64,000 nucleotides of DNA from an uncultured Patescibacteria group bacterium (GTDB lineage Bacteria > Patescibacteriota > Patescibacteriia > Veblenbacterales > UBA10138), in assembly GCA_937929825.1 (NCBI GenBank), contig CALFUV010000012.1:44-64043 (forward strand), given 5' to 3'. Below the pieces are notes generated by a model. It worked only from the letters and a program-made list of their open reading frames with translations. It made no database searches and was not told the origin of the DNA. A program made the position numbers and the translations under genes. Numbering within the stretch: position 1 is the stretch's first letter; every line of letters starts with the position of its first letter. Below are positions 1-10,420 of the stretch, piece by piece.

Positions 1-252
1 CGTTTTTACCTTTTCTGTTTTTTCGTTTTCGGCCCCGCCGCCTGCCGAAAAAAACGCTCTTGGGTTTTCAGCAGGCGGAAAAAAGAAGAAATCTGAAGGA
101 AATGATTTTCATGGCCAAAAACCAAATTGAGAATGAAAACTATTTTACTTTTTATTCTATTTAAGAGAATTTATAGAAATAAAAAGATTAAACAGTTGTT
201 TATATGCATCAAAAATAAAAATGCTTTCCACGCCAAATGGAAAGTATTTTTA

Positions 253-329
253 TGGTCGGGGTACTGGGACTCGAACCCAGAATCTCACGCACCCGAAGCG
301 TGCGCCTTAGCCAATTAGGCCATACCCCG
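253..329 (-). tRNA. tRNA-Pro (anticodon CGG), CCA encoded
   Basis: The reverse complement folds as a cloverleaf. Acceptor stem CGGGGTA/TACCCCG, T-loop GGTTCGAGTCC, anticodon loop TTCGGGT, 3' ACCA. Confidence 0.8.
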
Positions 330-385
330 ATATAACGCCTGAATAGTTTATACTAATTAAAAACTTCTGACAACTAACTTGGGGG

Positions 386-1366
386 TTAAAAAAACAAATT
401 CTTGCCTGCCTGCCAATAAACCGGCTCGCCTAAATTATCGCGGGCATAATACCACCATTCCACTCCCCACAAAAAAGCTTCACTAAAACCGGTTCTCCTG
501 AATAAATCAATATTTTTTTGAAACTTTTGCAGACTAAGTGATTTTTGAGCTTCAGCTAATGATAAGGTCTTTAAGCCTTGAGGCGCCCATGGCTCCAACT
601 GCAACTCGCTAACAACTACTTTTTTTACCCAAGGACTTACTAAACCTGCTTTCCAACGATAATAATAAGCCGGCCAAGGATAAGAAAAATAGCCAAAAGC
701 TGGGTTCCAAGTAACCCGATAAAGCGTAGTTCCAAGCTCTTCCGTTAAAACAGCGGTTTCCCACCAAAATGAAAGCTCACCTGAATCAGTTAGTAGAATA
801 GGTCTATCTGGATCAAGTTTTTGCAGTAATTTAATTGATTCTACTAAACGATGTTTATTTGGTGCCAAACATGTACCATAAGAAAAAAGAGGCTCATTTT
901 CCAACTGCCACCTGATTATAGCCGGCTCATAACGATAATGTTCAATCACCGTACGCAACATTTTAAAATGCAAATCTTTTATTTCGTCAATCCGCATATC
1001 AGCTAACCACGCCGGGTCGTGACATTCTGGCCAACGGGGTAATTTACGACCTATAGCCAAAGTAATAGTTGCTCCGGAATTTTTTGCCAAAGCTACTAAG
1101 GCATCTAGTTCCTGAAAATCAAAACGTCCTTTTTCAGGCTCAATTTCATTCCAATTAGCTTGTAAACGAAATTGTTTAGGTTGGTAGTCATTTATTATTT
1201 GTCGCATCAGTTCAAGTCCGTCGTAACCTAAATAACGGGCATGAGACGCTGAATAAGTGACTATATATTCAGGCTCACTGACAAAAGGCACCTTTTTTTC
1301 CATCACCACTCCAGTGATCAACAAAACTAAAAGCGGTAAAACAACAAGCCAAAAAATATATTTCAT
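386..1366 (-). CDS. Secreted or membrane-anchored TIM-barrel glycoside hydrolase of clan GH-A (GH5/GH42-like)
   Basis: N-terminal hydrophobic signal/anchor. 'WNEIEPEKGRFDF..LD' substrate-binding region and a 'WQLENEP' acid/base motif typical of clan GH-A. Confidence 0.5.
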   Translation of the reverse strand: MKYIFWLVVLPLLVLLITGVVMEKKVPFVSEPEYIVTYSASHARYLGYDGLELMRQIINDYQPKQFRLQANWNEIEPEKGRFDFQELDALVALAKNSGATITLAIGRKLPRWPECHDPAWLADMRIDEIKDLHFKMLRTVIEHYRYEPAIIRWQLENEPLFSYGTCLAPNKHRLVESIKLLQKLDPDRPILLTDSGELSFWWETAVLTEELGTTLYRVTWNPAFGYFSYPWPAYYYRWKAGLVSPWVKKVVVSELQLEPWAPQGLKTLSLAEAQKSLSLQKFQKNIDLFRRTGFSEAFLWGVEWWYYARDNLGEPVYWQAGKNLFF

Positions 1367-1423
1367 AATAAAATTAACAGCTAAATATATTTATAATTAA
1401 ACTAGTTATTAGTTATTTAGACA

Positions 1424-2320
1424 TTAAACATAACTCCAGCTTAACCACCATAAACCACCGGCAATAAAAATTATACCTATAATTTTTCGCACCAATACAT
1501 CTGACGATATTTCCTCGCGTAACAATTGAGGCCATTTATAAGATATCAACAAAGCTAAGACTAATATAAAAACATATTGCATACCTTGTAATGACTGCAC
1601 TAAGGTAACGCTGGCTAAAGATACAGCATAACTATTAAGCACCCCGGCTAAAGCCCCGGAAGCTTGCCCCGCTAAAAAACTGAATTTTATTCCGCCGCTA
1701 GTTTGCTTCACCATATGGCTGAATGACGATAGTGTGCCCGGCAGGAATAATAATAACAAACCGCTTAAAAAAGCGCCGGTACGCGAAAGAACTAAACCGG
1801 TAATAAAGCTTGTTTCCATAAAAGTCAGCTTTAAAAAAACAAAAGCCATACCAAAAATTGCACTGGAAAGAACAGCTAAACTTATTTGTTTTTTATTTAA
1901 ACCACCACGACCGCTAACCATCATAAAACCGCCTAAAACTAAAACCACAAAGGCCAAAAGCTGTTCTAAGGCAAGCCTTTCGCCTATTAACAAAAAAGAA
2001 ACAGCAAAAACAAACAAGGGATTAAGACTGCCTATATAGGCTGGCACGCGCGACGCTTCACCTGATTTAAGCACAGTAAACATTACCCATAAAGCGGCAG
2101 TAAAACACAAACCCGAAGCAAGTCCCCAGACCCAACCTATAAACGAAGGGGTTTGCCAGCCAAAGGGTACTAAAACTAAAGCTAATAAACCTAAGCATGA
2201 TATAGCAAAAGTATAAACCGCCGGGTTATCTAATCTTTCCCGACCTAATAACGATTTATCCACCAAAGCAACAAGGGCGTTAAAAAAATAACCAACTGAA
2301 GCCCAAATTAACCAAGTCAT
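1424..2320 (-). CDS. EamA/DMT-superfamily transporter
   Basis: 298 aa, about 10 predicted TM helices in a two-repeat architecture. Confidence 0.5.
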   Translation of the reverse strand: MTWLIWASVGYFFNALVALVDKSLLGRERLDNPAVYTFAISCLGLLALVLVPFGWQTPSFIGWVWGLASGLCFTAALWVMFTVLKSGEASRVPAYIGSLNPLFVFAVSFLLIGERLALEQLLAFVVLVLGGFMMVSGRGGLNKKQISLAVLSSAIFGMAFVFLKLTFMETSFITGLVLSRTGAFLSGLLLLFLPGTLSSFSHMVKQTSGGIKFSFLAGQASGALAGVLNSYAVSLASVTLVQSLQGMQYVFILVLALLISYKWPQLLREEISSDVLVRKIIGIIFIAGGLWWLSWSYV

Positions 2321-2368
2321 ACCTTATAAGTTTACACTTGCTTTAGTTTCTTATCAAAACAAGATTAT

Positions 2369-3556
2369 TTAAATCCTCTCTTGACAAATAGCCGCGTATT
2401 CTTTAGCGGCCGGCCTTAAATATCGCTCCATAGTATTTCTATTAACTTCAACCAAACCAAATTTAGGTTTAAAACCCTTATCCCATTCAAAATTATCCAA
2501 CAAAGACCAGTAAAAATAACCTAATACCTGAACACCAGCCAGCCGCGCACGTTTAACAGCTTGCGTTGAATTTATAATAAATCTCTTTTGTTGTTCGTCG
2601 TTTTGGGCAGCCAAACCGTTTTCTGTCACATAAATAGGCAATTTGTATTCTTGATTTAAATTCAGTAAAATCTGTTCCAAACCTTCTGGATAAACTTCCC
2701 AACCTAAAGCTGAAACTTCTTTATGTAATTTTTTAGGATCAGCAAATTTTATCCAATCCCTACGCCAATTAAAGCCAAAACTGACACGTTGATGAAAATA
2801 ATAATTAACAGCCAAAAAATCGTGTTTGTCTTGGGTTAAATTAAGAACTAAACGATTCCAAAAATCATCAGCGCGTTTGACGGCTTTTTGGTCTAGAAAA
2901 GAATTTGATCTAAGAGGCACAAAAGAAAAATAATTATGCGGCAAACCAACCTGAGCGATTGGATAATGTTTGTGTATATAATCGTAAATAAAATTATGAA
3001 CCTTAGCCATATTCTGCAAGACTTTCATAAAACGAGGAGATGATTTAACCTGTGGCGGCCAATGTCCAAATAAATATGCCTCTGTAGCTAAAATCATAGG
3101 TTCATTAATAGTTAACCAACAATCTATATATTGACCATATTCCTTTATAACAAGTTGCAGATAGCGACCAAAAAAATCTAAGATTTTATAATTTTCCCAA
3201 CCTCCCTGCCTAGCTAGCCACGCCGGCAAAGTAAAATGATTGAGTGTTAAAAAAATTTTTATTTTTAACCGCCGCAATTCGGAAAAAACCTGATGATAAT
3301 GATCTATGGCCTCTTGATTAAAAAAACCCGGACTAGGTTCAAGTCTGGCCCACTCCAAAGACAAACGATGAGCGTTTTGATTAAGTTTGTAAGCTAAGGC
3401 AAAATCTTGCCTAAATAAATTATAATGATCAACTGCTCGACCACAAGATTCTAAATCAACCATCTTCTCCCACTCATACCAATCGCTCCAAATATTTCCC
3501 CCCTCAACCTGATAAGCCGACGTGGCGCTGCCCCAAAAAAACCGATTACCAAACAT
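2369..3556 (-). CDS. Glycoside hydrolase family 1 beta-glucosidase/beta-galactosidase
   Basis: N-terminal GH1 signature 'FFWGSATSAYQVEGG'. 'LTINEP' acid/base and 'YVTENG' nucleophile motifs. Confidence 0.85.
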   Translation of the reverse strand: MFGNRFFWGSATSAYQVEGGNIWSDWYEWEKMVDLESCGRAVDHYNLFRQDFALAYKLNQNAHRLSLEWARLEPSPGFFNQEAIDHYHQVFSELRRLKIKIFLTLNHFTLPAWLARQGGWENYKILDFFGRYLQLVIKEYGQYIDCWLTINEPMILATEAYLFGHWPPQVKSSPRFMKVLQNMAKVHNFIYDYIHKHYPIAQVGLPHNYFSFVPLRSNSFLDQKAVKRADDFWNRLVLNLTQDKHDFLAVNYYFHQRVSFGFNWRRDWIKFADPKKLHKEVSALGWEVYPEGLEQILLNLNQEYKLPIYVTENGLAAQNDEQQKRFIINSTQAVKRARLAGVQVLGYFYWSLLDNFEWDKGFKPKFGLVEVNRNTMERYLRPAAKEYAAICQERI

Positions 3557-3570
3557 AATTTACTTAAACA

Positions 3571-4578
3571 TTAAACACCTCTAATAACAATTTGGGACAA
3601 TAAAAATAAACAATAAATACTAACCAATATCCACCCCTCACGAACACTTAAATGCTTGCCAGTATAAGATAAGCCTACAAAACCAATTAATAAAATTAAC
3701 ATAATACCCATAAACAAATAATATGAAAGATCAACTGTCATAGTTATAGGCACAGCAAAAGCTAACAAACCAACTATCAAAGAATTAGCAAAAGAACTAC
3801 CAACCAAATTGCCAAAAGAAATATCTCTTACCCCGCTACGCCACGAACGGAAAGCCAAGGTTATTTCAGGTAAATTCGTGCCTAAAGAAAAAAATACTAA
3901 GCCTACCCACCAAGGTGGCAAAATTAAACGCTTTATAAGAGGCAAAGAAATATCAAGTATTAATTTGGCTAATATCACCACTGCTATTAAACCTAAAATA
4001 GCATACAATAAAGAACGAAGATTTGACGAACCATCAACTACTTTTGTAACAGGAATACCTTTATAATTGACGTGAATAAAATAAAAAACACAAAAAATAT
4101 AACCAATCATTAAAATTAAACCATCAGCATTAGAAAGTTCTCCATCAAACATTAACCATAAAGGCAAGCTGATAAATAAGGCCATTAAACCAAGTTCACG
4201 GTGACGAAAACTTTCTGACACATCTAACCCCTTATTAACTACTGCGCTTAAACCGGCAATCAACCCGAGCATTACTAAAACTCCCCCCATTAAATTACCA
4301 AACGGCAACTGACCATAACCCTGCCAAGACGCTTTAAGCCCAATTACCAATTCAGGTATAGAAGTCAGTAAGCCAAGAATTAATCCCAACCAAAAATGAC
4401 GAATACCAAGATTGGTGCCTAATATTTTGGCATTGATAATTATGACATCAGCTGACTTGCCAATTAAATAAAAAAGACCGAGTAATATTATAATAGTAAT
4501 TATTATTTCCATGCCTACAGTATAACACAGCCCCTTAGTTGCCATAGCAGCTAAGGGGCTCAGGGTTGCTGTTACCAA
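3571..4578 (-). CDS. CaCA-family cation/Ca2+ antiporter (YrbG-like)
   Basis: Polytopic membrane protein with two alpha-repeat motifs, 'GLLTSIPELVIGL' and 'LGTNLPEITLAF'. Confidence 0.65.
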   Translation of the reverse strand: MVTATLSPLAAMATKGLCYTVGMEIIITIIILLGLFYLIGKSADVIIINAKILGTNLGIRHFWLGLILGLLTSIPELVIGLKASWQGYGQLPFGNLMGGVLVMLGLIAGLSAVVNKGLDVSESFRHRELGLMALFISLPLWLMFDGELSNADGLILMIGYIFCVFYFIHVNYKGIPVTKVVDGSSNLRSLLYAILGLIAVVILAKLILDISLPLIKRLILPPWWVGLVFFSLGTNLPEITLAFRSWRSGVRDISFGNLVGSSFANSLIVGLLAFAVPITMTVDLSYYLFMGIMLILLIGFVGLSYTGKHLSVREGWILVSIYCLFLLSQIVIRGV

Positions 4579-4609
4579 CAGTGGGCGACTGTTGAGAAAC
4601 AGGTGTTAA

Positions 4610-4894
4610 TTAGAGAATGGCATCTTTGGCAGCTTTGGCAACACGGAATTTGACCACGGTTTTGGCCGGGATCTTGATTGCCTCACCAGTAGCAGGATTG
4701 CGGCCCATGCGGGCGGCGCGCTGCTTTTTGATGAGCTTGCCAAGGCCAGGAATAGTAAATTCGCCAGCCTTCTTGGCCTCGCTGTAGGCCAGAGAAACCA
4801 GCTCTTCTACTACCATAGACACATCCTTGCGGCTGTGTCCGGTCTTTTCCGCCAAAGCAGCTAAGACCTGTGATTTACTCATACCTTTGGCCAT
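4610..4894 (-). CDS. hup: HU-family DNA-binding protein
   Basis: 94 aa. 'GRNPATGEAIKIPAKTVVKFRVAKA' matches the HU/IHF signature arm. Confidence 0.9.
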   Translation of the reverse strand: MAKGMSKSQVLAALAEKTGHSRKDVSMVVEELVSLAYSEAKKAGEFTIPGLGKLIKKQRAARMGRNPATGEAIKIPAKTVVKFRVAKAAKDAIL

Positions 4895-5076
4895 ATGGGC
4901 TCCTCTCTATGGGTTAAATATTAGCATAGGCTAGTATAGCAAAACCTTGAAAATAAAGGAAATCCACAGGCCGACTTAGGCTGAATTAAACTAATTTATA
5001 TTGACAAGTTAAGCTTAACTAAGGTAAAAAACAATCAGAAATTAACAAAGTTTTTTAACAATTTAAGAGGCTAAAA

Positions 5077-6627
5077 ATGGCTGAAATTATAAACGAACCA
5101 ACTGTCTGGTCCTCTTTGGACTGGTCTCAATTATATGATAAAGATTTTGACAGAAACAAACAAAGGCGTATGACCAGTTTAAATACCCTTAACGCCTTAA
5201 AATTAGGGGAAAATGTAGCTATTGATGCTGATACCGGGGCCGGCAAAGCCATAATGGCCATCTTGATTCATCTGGCTATAGAATGGAACACATTATTTTT
5301 GGTGCCAACTGTAGAACTGGCTTATCAGCACCAAAAATTATATGAAAAATTAGTAGGCCATAAAAAAGGCGTACTGGTAATGACCGGTAATAAGACCCCC
5401 AAAAACCGGGCAAAATTATGGCAGGATAGATCTTTTAAACTGGTTTTAGCTACACCGCAAACCATCTTGAGTGATCTGAAAAATAAAACTTTTCCCACCG
5501 GACATTTCGCGCTGTTAATAATAGATGAATTTCATCATGCTCACGGAAGATATGCCTACGTGGCGATTGCCAGAGCGGCAAACAAAGCTGGTAGCTTAAT
5601 ACTTTCTCTTTCAGCTACCGGTAAAGATGAATTGGCTAAGGCTAATTGTTATGTGACTAAAACCATTAGAGCAGATATAAAAATGCCAACAAAAGATTTT
5701 GTCACTTCAGTGGTTAAACCAACAGAAAGTTTGGCTACAGCCGGACAATATTGTCAAGAACTTGTAGCTCTAACTATTGAAGAACTTAGTAATCTTGGTT
5801 TAATTACAAATAATACTAAAATACTCACAGAAGAAAAATTGAAAAATCTTGAATCGCTGGCTAAAAACCTACCCTACCCCACAGATAGGCAAGTATTTAA
5901 AATCATAGCCCGCTACCGATCTCTAACACACTTAAAGTCTGTTCTTTACACATGTTCGTACAAAAATTTCATTGAAGCGGCTGAAGAAATTTATTATAAA
6001 AAGGAATCCTATGCTAATTGGATTGCTAATAATGATATTTTCAATCAACTTTTATCGTTTGTACGAACAATAAAAGAGGAACACCCTATGGTGAAAGAAG
6101 CAATACGTTTAGCTAAATATCGATCTGAACAAGGAGACTCCTTCATTTTATTTGTAAACAACAAAAATGCTGGCCGGTATTTGGCTGAACAAATGAAAAA
6201 TTCTGGTTTAGCTGTGGACACGGCTTTTGGCGGAGCTGAACGTAAATATATTAAAGAAGTCAGGCGTAAAATTGAAACCAACCAACTCAATGGAATCATT
6301 GGTTCTTCGGCCATAACTGAAGGTGTGGCTCTGCCAAATGTGGACACGATAATTAACTATCATCGCCCACTAACCAAAGTGGAATGGACACAAAGAGCTG
6401 GGCGCGCAGGGCGAGGATTAAAGACCGGCTTAATCTTCTCCATTATTTTAAACTACCCAACTGAATGGGCTATGCACCAAAAAATCCAAGATAAACCAGA
6501 AAAAGAACCTGCTCTGCCTAAATCTAACACTATGTGGCTGTTTACACCGGAAGAAATGTTGCCAGCCAAAGTAAATCAAAAAAGAAATAATAAAAAAATC
6601 AATTTTAATTTAAGGGAGGAAAAATGA
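5077..6627 (+). CDS. SF2 helicase (DExH) with a large insertion between the RecA-like domains; Hef/FANCM/RIG-I-like topology
   Basis: Motif I 'DADTGAGKA', Ia 'LVPTVELAYQH', II 'IIDEFHHA', III 'SATG', VI 'QRAGRAGRG'. About 260 aa separate motif III from motif VI. Confidence 0.7.
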   Translation: MAEIINEPTVWSSLDWSQLYDKDFDRNKQRRMTSLNTLNALKLGENVAIDADTGAGKAIMAILIHLAIEWNTLFLVPTVELAYQHQKLYEKLVGHKKGVLVMTGNKTPKNRAKLWQDRSFKLVLATPQTILSDLKNKTFPTGHFALLIIDEFHHAHGRYAYVAIARAANKAGSLILSLSATGKDELAKANCYVTKTIRADIKMPTKDFVTSVVKPTESLATAGQYCQELVALTIEELSNLGLITNNTKILTEEKLKNLESLAKNLPYPTDRQVFKIIARYRSLTHLKSVLYTCSYKNFIEAAEEIYYKKESYANWIANNDIFNQLLSFVRTIKEEHPMVKEAIRLAKYRSEQGDSFILFVNNKNAGRYLAEQMKNSGLAVDTAFGGAERKYIKEVRRKIETNQLNGIIGSSAITEGVALPNVDTIINYHRPLTKVEWTQRAGRAGRGLKTGLIFSIILNYPTEWAMHQKIQDKPEKEPALPKSNTMWLFTPEEMLPAKVNQKRNNKKINFNLREEK

Positions 6628-6953
6628 AAAATAAAACACGTTGGTTCATTAAAGCCATTGGCGAGTTTACCAATGGCGTTATAATGGATTGGCTTACTCG
6701 CAGCGGAGACCATCAAGATGGTATAGCGGCCCAAGAAATAATAATTCGCGGAAAAAAAGAAAAGGTTATAGAAGTTCCCTCTTACGATATTATTAAAAAT
6801 CTTTTTGAGAGCGCTAAAAGTACTCCTCTCAAATTCAAAATTTTTTTTATGCCACCGGGAGCTAAACATCCCGGACCATGGACATTAAAAGCCTTTCAAA
6901 AAAATAATTGCCAAAGTTTATTAAAAATTATCACCTCTCAAGCTAAACCTTGA
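6624..6953 (+). CDS. Hypothetical 109-aa protein, translationally coupled to the helicase (ATGA start/stop overlap)
   Basis: Its ATG overlaps the helicase stop codon by 4 nt. No recognisable motif. Confidence 0.4.
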   Translation: MKNKTRWFIKAIGEFTNGVIMDWLTRSGDHQDGIAAQEIIIRGKKEKVIEVPSYDIIKNLFESAKSTPLKFKIFFMPPGAKHPGPWTLKAFQKNNCQSLLKIITSQAKP

Positions 6954-6959
6954 GGGGTT

Positions 6960-7517
6960 TTATTTTAATTTTAAAAATATATCATCGCAATCATATGAAT
7001 TCAATCCTTGACCATTGGGGCCAAAAGATAAAACTACTGATACTGAAGGCTCTTGAGCTATATTAGGACAATTCCTATAAGGCTGATAATCAGAATTTAA
7101 ATAATAAGAATTTCCCCATAAATCAATTACCCGATCAATATAAGGCCCATCCCACTTTTCCAAATCTTCTTCTAGCCACTTACAGCCATCGCCCTGATCG
7201 CCAATAACAGGCTTTTTTACCAATCCTGCTTGTATTGTATTTAATCTCACGGGCGGTAACTCTTTTTTAAAAGGTTCACAACCATTCGGCCATTTACCTG
7301 TATCTGACAATAACATAGCCAGCGCTTTACGCGCCTGCACTAAATCGGCTTGCGTCCGTGATTCTTGAGAATGTTGGCGAGAAATATCTAACTTAACCAA
7401 AATAAAAACCGAAATTATTCCTATTAAACCAACTACTATCAAAGCTTCAATAACAGTAAAACCATTATTATTACTTTTATTTACCATTCTATAAAAATCT
7501 GAATTAAACTGTAACAT
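6960..7517 (-). CDS. Type IV pilin / pseudopilin-like protein
   Basis: Class III signal 'NNNG|FTVIEALIVVGLIGIISVFIL', the prepilin peptidase cleavage/methylation motif. Confidence 0.75.
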   Translation of the reverse strand: MLQFNSDFYRMVNKSNNNGFTVIEALIVVGLIGIISVFILVKLDISRQHSQESRTQADLVQARKALAMLLSDTGKWPNGCEPFKKELPPVRLNTIQAGLVKKPVIGDQGDGCKWLEEDLEKWDGPYIDRVIDLWGNSYYLNSDYQPYRNCPNIAQEPSVSVVLSFGPNGQGLNSYDCDDIFLKLK

Positions 7518-7575
7518 ATATAAGTTGATTAAAATAATCTATTGTCATCCAATTATTTGTAATTAATAATAAGCA

Positions 7576-8172
7576 TCAAAATTTTAAACTCTTAACCATA
7601 TGTTCAAAAATTTCCACAGCGGAATCATTAGCTGTTTTAGCTTTGCAAACTAAGCGATAAGTTTTATTATTATATTCCAATTGATATTCTATTAAGTATT
7701 TCTTTTCACCAGACATACCCACACGCTCACCAGCAAAACGATAGGCCGACTGATTAGCAACTACAGCTTCTGTTTTAAATAATCCTGAAACCGCCCCTTG
7801 GTAATCAACCAACGGCCTTTCTGAAATTTCAATTACTATCTGACCAAGATATTCACTATCTAAACCGGGTAATGGCTGAGGATCAGTAATGAAATAATCC
7901 ACTACCTGCGGATTATATTTTTTAATTTCATTAGCAATATAATGACGCCAATACCAATTAGCTGGTCGTAAAATATTATAACCTGCTGCCCTATTAGTAT
8001 ATATTACATAATTAAAATCTGTTGAATTATCACTAGATTCAGACTTACTAACTTGTTCTTTATTTTGGGGCCAAATTGGCTCAGGAACTTGAGGAGGGGT
8101 GGGAGAACAACGTGAACCGATTAAAAAAAATCCGGCTGCTGCTAGTATTAATATAAGTCGATAATAAACCAT
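7576..8172 (-). CDS. Secreted hypothetical protein (PsbP/DcrB-like size and composition)
   Basis: N-terminal signal peptide. No catalytic motif recognised. Confidence 0.35.
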   Translation of the reverse strand: MVYYRLILILAAAGFFLIGSRCSPTPPQVPEPIWPQNKEQVSKSESSDNSTDFNYVIYTNRAAGYNILRPANWYWRHYIANEIKKYNPQVVDYFITDPQPLPGLDSEYLGQIVIEISERPLVDYQGAVSGLFKTEAVVANQSAYRFAGERVGMSGEKKYLIEYQLEYNNKTYRLVCKAKTANDSAVEIFEHMVKSLKF

Positions 8173-8217
8173 AAATGCTTATTATTATCTTAACAAAAAG
8201 GGTAAAAAAATTAAATG

Positions 8218-10407
8218 CTAATCAAATTTTTGACGCTTTAGTCGCAAACTATTACCCACCACTGAAACACTAGATGCCGCCATAGCCGCAGCTGCAATCA
8301 TAGGCGAAAGAATTCCTAAAGCGGCTAATGGCAAAGCCGCAACATTATAAATAAAAGCCCAAAATAAATTCTGTTTAATAGTGCGAAGGGTTTGTCGTGA
8401 AAGCTCAATAGCTTGTACTGCTTTCAAAGGATTGGATTGCATGAGCACAATGTTACCGGCTTCCATAGCCACATCAGTACCACCACCCATAGCTATACCC
8501 AAGTCAGCCTGAGCTAAAGCCGGCGCATCATTAATGCCGTCACCCACAAAGGCCACTCGCTTGCCTTGCTGTTGTAATTGTTTAACCACTACAATCTTAT
8601 CCTCTGGCAGAACTTCAGCTATTACTTGTTTAATACCTAACTGACGGGCCACAGCTTGAGCCGTACTTTTATTATCACCGGTAAGCATAATGGTATCTAT
8701 ATGTAATGTTTTTAATTTAATTATGGCGTCAGCCGCTTCGGGGCGTAGAGTGTCAGATACTGCCACCGCACCAGCCGGCTGATTATCAACTGCTACAACA
8801 AAAACCGTTTCGCCACGCTCTCGCCTAGTCATAACATACTCCTGTAAACTATCAAGATTCACACCATTACTCTGCAACCAATCTAAAGTACCTACTAAAA
8901 CTTTTTTATCACCGGCTTCCGTTTTAACTATGCCTGTCACACCCTTACCTGACTCTGATTTAAAATCAGATACCGGCCATAATTTAACATTTTTATTCTC
9001 TGCTGCCCGCCTGACCACCGCTTGCGCCAAAGGATGTTCAGAGCCATATTCCACACTGGCAGCTAAATTTAAAACATCATCTTTTTTAAAAACATCAATT
9101 ACCCAAATATCAATAACCTCAGGTTGGCCCTTAGTTAAAGTGCCGGTTTTATCAAAAATAACCACGTCCAATTTTTTGGCCCGCTCTAAAGCTTCTCCAT
9201 TTTTGACTAGAATTCCCAAACGAGCCCCCACACCCGTGCCTACCATAATGGCAGTCGGTGTTGCTAAACCTAAAGCACAGGGGCAAGCTATTACCAAAAC
9301 AGCCACCGCCGGTATAAAAGCGTTAGCCAAACTGCCACTATTTAGATACCAACCTAAAGCAGTAAAGATGGCAACACCTAAAACTATAGGCACGAAAATA
9401 CCGGAAATCCTATCGGCCAATTTTTGTATGGGCGCTTTCCTGGTTTGAGCCTCAACTACTAATTTGGTAATTTGGGATAAGACTGTGCCTTCACCCACCT
9501 TGGTTATGCCAACCTTAATAAAACCGTTGATATTTATGGAAGCGCCAAAAACATTCTCGCCCACACCTTTATCTACCGGCACAGATTCACCCGTTAACAT
9601 GCTCTCATCTATAGATGCTTGACCAGATAATATTTTCCCGTCGCTGGGTATCTTCTCGCCCGGCCGTACTGACACCACTTGTCCTACTGAAAGTTGTTCA
9701 ATCGGGATCTGCACCTCTCGCCCACCTTGAAGCACACGAGCGCTCTTAGCACCAAATTGCATAAGTTTAGTAATAGCAGCGCTGGCCTGACCTGTGCTTT
9801 TAGCTTCAAAATATTTTCCCAATAAGATTAAAGTAGTAATTATAACACCTGTTTCAAAATATAAATGAGGATCGCCTACTCCAAGCGACCAAAAACTATA
9901 GACTAAAGTGGCTAAGGTACCTAAAGATACTAAACTATCCATGCCGGGAGATAGACGCCTCATTTCTTTATACAAACCCAAATGAAAATTTCGTCCCAAA
10001 AACAAAACAACAAACATAGCTAAAATAGCCTGTAACCAAACAGATACAGGCCAACCAGCAATCATAGGCCCAATCATTATCTCACCCATAGCTAAAACCA
10101 CCACTGGTATTGCTAAAGCTAGAGCCCAAATTGCTTTTCGCTTGGCTAAAGTAATCTCAACTTGCAAGTGTTCCAAATGATTATGCTGACTAATCTCATG
10201 GCTCGGCACTTTATAGCCAGCCTTCTCCACTGCTTGATACAAATCATGTTCACTAGATTTAAGCTCGTCATATGTAACAGTAGCCTGCTTTAGGGCCAAA
10301 TTGACTGATACCTCGATAACGCCCGGCACATTTTTTAAATAATCTTCATTTAAGATCACACAAGAAGCACAATGCATCCCGCTAATAGGAAAAGTAATAG
10401 TTTTCAT
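8218..10407 (-). CDS. copA: Copper-translocating P1B-type ATPase
   Basis: N-terminal HMA domain with 'GMHCASCV', TM 'CPC' motif, 'DKTGTLT' phosphorylation site, 'GDGINDAP' hinge. Confidence 0.9.
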   Translation of the reverse strand: MKTITFPISGMHCASCVILNEDYLKNVPGVIEVSVNLALKQATVTYDELKSSEHDLYQAVEKAGYKVPSHEISQHNHLEHLQVEITLAKRKAIWALALAIPVVVLAMGEIMIGPMIAGWPVSVWLQAILAMFVVLFLGRNFHLGLYKEMRRLSPGMDSLVSLGTLATLVYSFWSLGVGDPHLYFETGVIITTLILLGKYFEAKSTGQASAAITKLMQFGAKSARVLQGGREVQIPIEQLSVGQVVSVRPGEKIPSDGKILSGQASIDESMLTGESVPVDKGVGENVFGASININGFIKVGITKVGEGTVLSQITKLVVEAQTRKAPIQKLADRISGIFVPIVLGVAIFTALGWYLNSGSLANAFIPAVAVLVIACPCALGLATPTAIMVGTGVGARLGILVKNGEALERAKKLDVVIFDKTGTLTKGQPEVIDIWVIDVFKKDDVLNLAASVEYGSEHPLAQAVVRRAAENKNVKLWPVSDFKSESGKGVTGIVKTEAGDKKVLVGTLDWLQSNGVNLDSLQEYVMTRRERGETVFVVAVDNQPAGAVAVSDTLRPEAADAIIKLKTLHIDTIMLTGDNKSTAQAVARQLGIKQVIAEVLPEDKIVVVKQLQQQGKRVAFVGDGINDAPALAQADLGIAMGGGTDVAMEAGNIVLMQSNPLKAVQAIELSRQTLRTIKQNLFWAFIYNVAALPLAALGILSPMIAAAAMAASSVSVVGNSLRLKRQKFD

Positions 10408-10420
10408 AAAATCTGTTAAT

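Noticed and set aside
127-318. 63-aa ORF overlapping tRNA-Pro
   Set aside because: It overlaps a clear tRNA gene on the opposite strand and has no SD or motif.
1734-2039. 101-aa plus-strand ORF inside the EamA transporter gene, with similar antisense ORFs at 3809..4066, 8930..9448, 29310..29594, 41285..42055, 43919..44401, 51535..51738, 54851..55087 and 60948..61349
   Set aside because: Each lies entirely within a well-supported gene on the opposite strand. They have low-complexity, Lys/Pro-rich or otherwise unprotein-like composition. They are shadow ORFs typical of AT-rich DNA.
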